From Vulcanimicrobiota bacterium (GTDB lineage: Bacteria > Vulcanimicrobiota > Vulcanimicrobiia > Vulcanimicrobiales > Vulcanimicrobiaceae), in the NCBI GenBank assembly GCA_963820825.1, contig CAWGBN010000006.1:224001-288000 (forward strand): a DNA stretch of 64,000 nt. Reading direction: 5' to 3'. Each line of letters starts with the position of its first letter. The stretch's first letter is position 1. Both the position numbers and the translations under genes were made by a program. The notes beneath the pieces were generated by a model. It was not told where the DNA came from. It saw only the letters and a program-made list of their open reading frames with translations, and did not search any database. Below, piece by piece: positions 63,568-64,000 of the stretch.

Positions 63568-64000
63568 ATGGCGCATGCAATTTGGTCGGGATCCATCAAC
63601 TTCGGGCTCGTAACGATACCCGTCAAGCTCTTCACGGCGGTCAAGACGGACGATCTCTCCTTCAACTTGCTCCACGCGAAGGATGAAGGTCGGATCAAGT
63701 ACGAGCGCATCTGCTCGGTCGACGGCAAGCCCGTCCCCTGGGACGAGATCGTCAAAGGGTACGAATTCGAAAAGGGCGAGTACGTCCTGCTGACCGACGA
63801 CGATTTCAAGAAGGTAAATCCCGAGGCGACGCAGTCGGTCGACATTCTGGAGTTCGTCGAGCTCGACAAGATCAATCCGATGTACTTCGACAAGCCCTAC
63901 TATCTCGAGCCGACCAAACAGGGGCGCCACGCCTACGCGCTGCTGCGCGAAACGCTGACCCAATCCAACCGCGTCGCAATCGCCCGGGTCGTCGTTCGCA
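63568..64000 (+). CDS. ku: Ku protein (3' truncated by window)
   Basis: MAHAIWSGSINFGLVTIPVKLFTA, IVKGYE, YFDKPYYLEP. Confidence 0.95.
   Translation, partial: MAHAIWSGSINFGLVTIPVKLFTAVKTDDLSFNLLHAKDEGRIKYERICSVDGKPVPWDEIVKGYEFEKGEYVLLTDDDFKKVNPEATQSVDILEFVELDKINPMYFDKPYYLEPTKQGRHAYALLRETLTQSNRVAIARVVVR

Overview
64 kb of high-GC bacterial chromosome, mostly housekeeping genes. The mix of a Firmicutes-like gene order (rpiB-glyA-dCMP deaminase-wecA-wecB-atp-murA-mreB), a SigB partner-switch module, LPS/heptose and LptA-like genes and two ATP synthase b subunits suggests a diderm Terrabacterium such as Eremiobacterota/Vulcanimicrobiota (inference only). In order: smc (3' end) and purH; a hisS-accB-heptose/glycosyltransferase-aspS operon; a ~10 kb accessory sulfatase region (two Cys-type sulfatases, FGE, a CYTH-like protein, transporters, an outer-membrane protein); a UDG/C39/peptide-binding/DUF1611/epimerase operon; a 6S RNA; the atp region; rarA, a cysteine desulfurase, rsbV-rsbW-sigB and alaS; and an NHEJ locus (split LigD plus Ku). 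About 15 single-base indels break essential genes, most likely long-read assembly errors. The most notable non-gene signals are four. A CCTTCGAC...GCTCAGG palindromic repeat family sits inside four coding sequences (atpG, a tsaC-like gene, alaS and a membrane protein). A TA-flanked ~180 bp MITE-like hairpin lies before alaS. A candidate antisense sRNA with its own promoter and terminator lies between rarA and the desulfurase. A TTAA-N6-TTAA operator-like motif is shared by two sulfatase-region promoters. No CRISPR array, tRNA, rRNA or transposase was seen.
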